From: Chlorokybus atmophyticus
Taxonomy: Eukaryota; Plantae; Mesostigma and Chlorokybus algae
Direction: 5' to 3'
Assembly: GCA_009103225.1 (NCBI GenBank)
Contig: RHPI01000401.1
Coordinates: 1-64,000, forward strand
Length of the DNA stretch: 64,000 bases
The translations under genes were made by a program, and so were the position numbers. Every line of letters starts with the position of its first letter. The stretch's first letter is position 1. The notes below the pieces were generated by a model that worked only from the letters and a program-made list of their open reading frames with translations, ran no database searches and was not told the origin of the DNA. Positions 60,050-64,000 of this stretch are shown here, one piece after another.

Positions 60050-60679
60050 CACAGACAGTGACAGCTCTCATGGTGAGTCCGAAAATGACTTAGAAAATGA
60101 GCCAGCTCTACAGCGTTAAGTAGTAGACCACGGCTCCTCGGATGTAGATGAGTGATTCGACGTGCATGCAAGGCTCGCGCAAACAGAAGACAGAGACATA
60201 GCTGGGTAAACATGTACACTTGTCAAATGTGTCAACGACCAGACGCACATGCTCTGGAACCAACCATGCATTCTCAGCCCGATATTCACCACACTGGCAT
60301 TTCAACAGGTTGACACAACACTGCCAGCACCCACATATGTACACACACTCAACAAAATCCACACCACACACACCCTAACATGCCTATACATGGTTACAGC
60401 CTATGCATCAGGCAGCACCACAAACTCGTGTGCACCGTGACATGGGCAAGTGCGGCCCAGTCTTGGTGTGGCTGGCAGCGTGATCCCGGACGCGTGTACC
60501 CACTGGGCGCTCCATGCAAGTCCAGCCAAGGCGCCGCCCTAACCACCATTGCAACTCAAGTCAACTAACAGATCAATACAAATTCACAAGCACACTGCAT
60601 ACGGCACAACAGCAGGCACACAAGCATGCAATGTGTAGTCACAATTGGGACGCAAGCTAACCTGCAGCTGAGTCGTCAC

Positions 60680-61200
60680 CCATTTAGAAAATGGCGCGTG
60701 CAAGTGGCTCCCCGTAGCCCAGGTGCTCCACATATCAGGCAGGACAGGACTCCAGCGCTCAGGGTTCGGCTACTCAGCATGCGCTGTGATGGCCATCTCA
60801 AATCCATTACGAAAGTTGAGGTGCAGAGTCTCCAGGTTGCCATCCTCCATCTCACGAGGCCATATCATCAGCCCCGGTAATGTTACTTGCAGGGCAGAGC
60901 TATGTTCAGCATGGCTCCACACTGCTCACCAAGCGCTAAACAATAAACCTGCTAACACATTCGCATTAAAGTTGCAATAACCTGTCGCATGTCGCGGAAG
61001 CAGGAGTTTGTGTCCCGCGTGGACGGATACCTTGATGGCCGATGCTCATTACGCGCACAATCAACAACAGGGGCGTCCTTCACATCTATCAGAGTAGACC
61101 CACGATGCTGAGGCGCCGCACGCCGACCACGTGCATTTGCCACCATTGCCACCAAGTCCATGACGGCGGCAACGGCCGCGTTCTTCGGGCGCTCATCAGT
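60680..61200 (-). pseudogene. Decayed exons of an unidentified gene
   Basis: Protein-like segments (LIDVKDAPVVDCARNEHRPSRYP; LHLNFRNGFEMAITAHAE*PNPERWSPVLPDMWSTW) ending at CAG|GT donors, with an internal TAG. Confidence 0.25.
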
Positions 61201-61222
61201 CACAACTCTGGCGCCCATGCCG

Positions 61223-61256
<34 letters not shown>

Positions 61257-61781
61257 NCCCCAACAGAAGTCCCGGCCGCCACCCGCGGTATGCCACCAGC
61301 TATGGCGGCAAAATTCTAGATGCGCGGGAGCACACCGCTTGACGTTAAAGGACCATGAATGGTCCGTGCCTTCGGGCCGGGATTTTGCCCTGCTTAGTGA
61401 AATCGGTGGATCATGTATGGTCCAGCTGTCATTGACAGTCGGACCATACATGGGACCGTGCATGATCCAAATCTCACGTGAACGGTCCCATGTTTTTTTG
61501 GGGTCGCACCATGTTTGGTCCGGCCAGTTGCCGGTCGCATCAGGACTAGGTAAGAGCCAGCCAGCGGACCAGGGACTTAATCATGAATATGTACTGATAA
61601 CAATTATTACTGGTCCGGCCAGCGGACCATTGAATCCGCAATGTTTATTCAAAACCATCAGAGTTTGTTGCAAATGCAGGAAAAGTGCTGCGTTTTGAGC
61701 CGACGTCACCGGCCGCGCTCGGCCTGCGGGGCGGCAGCGCATAAGGCCGTGGCGTCTTAGAAATGATTAGTGAAGAACACA

Positions 61782-61854
61782 TGCGTCCACCGAGAGTCGA
61801 ACCCAAGACCTTTGGAATATAAACACGACACCCTAACCACTAAGCTACATGCGC
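61782..61854 (-). pseudogene. tRNA-like pseudogene or tRNA-derived SINE head (loop reads TAT)
   Basis: 73 nt with A-box TAGCTTAGTGG and B-box GGTTCGACTC at tRNA spacing; acceptor and anticodon stems are mispaired. Confidence 0.6.
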
Positions 61855-62950
61855 ACGTACCGGTGGGGATAGCGTAGTACTTGCATTGTCTCGACGGCCG
61901 CTTGGCGACTGTTGGCGGCGGAAATTGCACAGGAAGTCGGCGTTGTGAATTGACAGGCCCATAGGCAGTGCATGCGCTATCAATGTGCATAGGCTGTACC
62001 AGTATTAATCAACGGTATTACATTGTTTTTGGTTATTAATGATGACAGCCGCAACTCGGCGGCTACCGAGGGTTGTGAAACCACAATGCATTGTTGGGGG
62101 CTGTCCTTAATAATGTAACCTTGTCAGGGGTTGTCCATATCCTGCTTGCGTGCGCATACACACACCTACATCTTTATATATGTAAGCGTTTGTGAATATA
62201 TATGCATACGTTTACATGACATAAATACCAAAACCGCATTGCGGCACCAACAGAGGTGTTTACTGGATTTCTTGGACACAATGCTTGATTAAAGTTGCCA
62301 ATCATTCTGCGGTCTCATCAGAGGCTATTATAACAAGTGACGTCATTGATGTATACTTTTTATACATATGTATATGAGACATACTTTGTATACGGCTCAC
62401 CCCCAAGTACTACTGATATAACCATTTAGACCTGCATATTCATGCGTATAAGAATAGATTCGTTTATGACACATGCTGACATTTATATATATTATAAGAC
62501 ACCTATATGCATTACAAGATATATATATCATACAATGACGTATACACATATATAATGTTCATATATACGTAGATACTTGAATAAACGCATAGAACATGTT
62601 AATGGTGCATGTTTACAAATTTTTGCAAATACACGTACGGTACTATGAACCATGTTGATTGCATAGGCAGCCCCTTACAGCTTAATTGACAGCCGGCCGG
62701 CTGTCAATCAGCCGCCGACCATTTGCGGCTATCCACTTGCGGCTGTCCACGGTGTATAGCCGACGTCGGTGCGGCTTGTCAATTAACACGTTAAGTGCAC
62801 AATGTGCAATCAGGCATGTAGGCAATCTACTGTATCTTACGTAGGTTATTGCTACCTACTCATAATAGCCACAGGGCCGCGGTCACTGGTCCGTGCCGCA
62901 CCGTACATGGTGCGGCACGGACCGTGCGGCACAAAGTACGGTGCGCGGTA

Positions 62951-63410
62951 CAGTCTACCCCCGTTAAAAGACTTCGCTTTAAGGGAATAACCCCGCTAAG
63001 ATCATGGATTATATAAAGACCAATGGTTTTACAGGCAAATATCTTCGGTTAGTGGAATAGTCTTGTACGTAATAAGACTAAGGAGAAGGCTTGAAAATCT
63101 AAGTGGGCTCAGTCTTGTAACGGGGTAATACCTTGTTAATAGCATGATTGTCTTGTTGATATTTGAATAATTCTACAAAGCATTAAGTTCATTTATTGTA
63201 TTGTATGGTTTAAAGGAAATATGACAGTGAATTTTGTTACGTCAGCAAATGATGACGTGGCTTGAAATTATCGGTCGATACCCCCATCAACAGAATATAT
63301 ATTCTTTAAACAATTAAAGAATATACAAGCTTATAAGCGCCAAGAGAATAACCTCGTTAGTGGAATAACAAGCTGAAAGGTAAACGTGATGCTTATAACG
63401 GGGTTAGACT
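62951..63410. mobile_element. 460-bp Tc1/mariner(pogo)-like MITE with TA target duplication
   Basis: TA|CAGTCTACCCCCGTTAAAAG ... CTTATAACGGGTTAGACTG|TA; AT-rich interior. Confidence 0.8.
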
Positions 63411-64000
63411 GTAGTAGGGCCACAGGACCGCGGGACCGCACCTGGTTCGCATTCAGGGCCAACGTACATTACTGGTCCGTGCCGCACCATGGATGGTGCG
63501 GCACGGACCATGCGTGGTGCACGTCGCCAGCCATTCACGGGCCGCGGGTCCCAGAACGGACCAGGAACGGTCCGTCCCCCGCGGACCAGGTAGTTCTGGC
63601 TGCGGGACACGGACTATGCATGGTCCGCGGGGTCCGTGAAAGGACCATGCATGGTTCTTCAATGTCAAGCCGTGTGGAGATGACCCAGCGCAGTGAGCGA
63701 TAACTCCAACACTATCACCATGCTTGCGTTACTGACCCCGCAACAAAGCGAATGCCATCATACTGTCGCCTGTGCATCGACAGACGTGTCATCACCGCGT
63801 CTCAACCCACATCACCACCACCGACACTCTTAAACGCGAGTAAACGACATCAACACACGACGGCCATCAACCGGCTGACTGACAAGACGCCATTGAGTCT
63901 TGACCGGCATTAACTGGCTGAAGAAATAGAATGCCTTGCGCGCGCCCCCCNNNNNNNNNNCCCGCCCCCGGCTGCAGACTGTGTCAGTATTGGACATGCG

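Noticed and set aside
61782-61854. Functional tRNA-Ile(UAU)
   Set aside because: Multiple mispairs in the acceptor and anticodon stems.

Overview
Eukaryotic genomic DNA with short spliceosomal introns and one clear host gene, a callose synthase (GT48) on the minus strand at 45.0-52.4 kb. I infer a green alga or early streptophyte; the sequence alone does not prove this. Most of the rest is nested transposable elements. The main feature, at about 0.8-20.9 kb, is a large CACTA/EnSpm (CMC)-type DNA transposon region. It contains an intron-rich transposase that splices into an intact frame and several chromatin or ubiquitin-related cargo genes: (i) a spliced gene joining a Cys-rich N-terminus, a Tudor domain and a short phage/actinobacterial-type DNA cytosine-5 methyltransferase, head-to-head with the transposase; (ii) a PHD + C5HCH + Ulp/SENP SUMO-protease gene that can be spliced in frame onto the transposase; (iii) an OTU deubiquitinase fused to a retrotransposon Gag-like domain; (iv) a TnpA-like gene. 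A repeated AG|CCTCGTGC|GTAAG cassette, which looks like an 8-nt microexon, lies upstream of three of these genes, always on the sense strand. I could not find the element's termini, so cargo membership is inferred from position. Next come a decayed Ty3/gypsy-like relic, an interstitial (TTAGGG)6 tract, and a DIRS/PAT(kangaroo)-like tyrosine-recombinase retrotransposon (27.85-34.41 kb) with split direct repeats and an antisense, intron-containing recombinase. After that lie two paralogous hydrophobic-hairpin genes, the callose synthase, an Academ-like XPG-Cys8 remnant split by an insertion, a tRNA-like pseudogene and MITEs. All domain calls are by motif recognition by eye; no searches were run.
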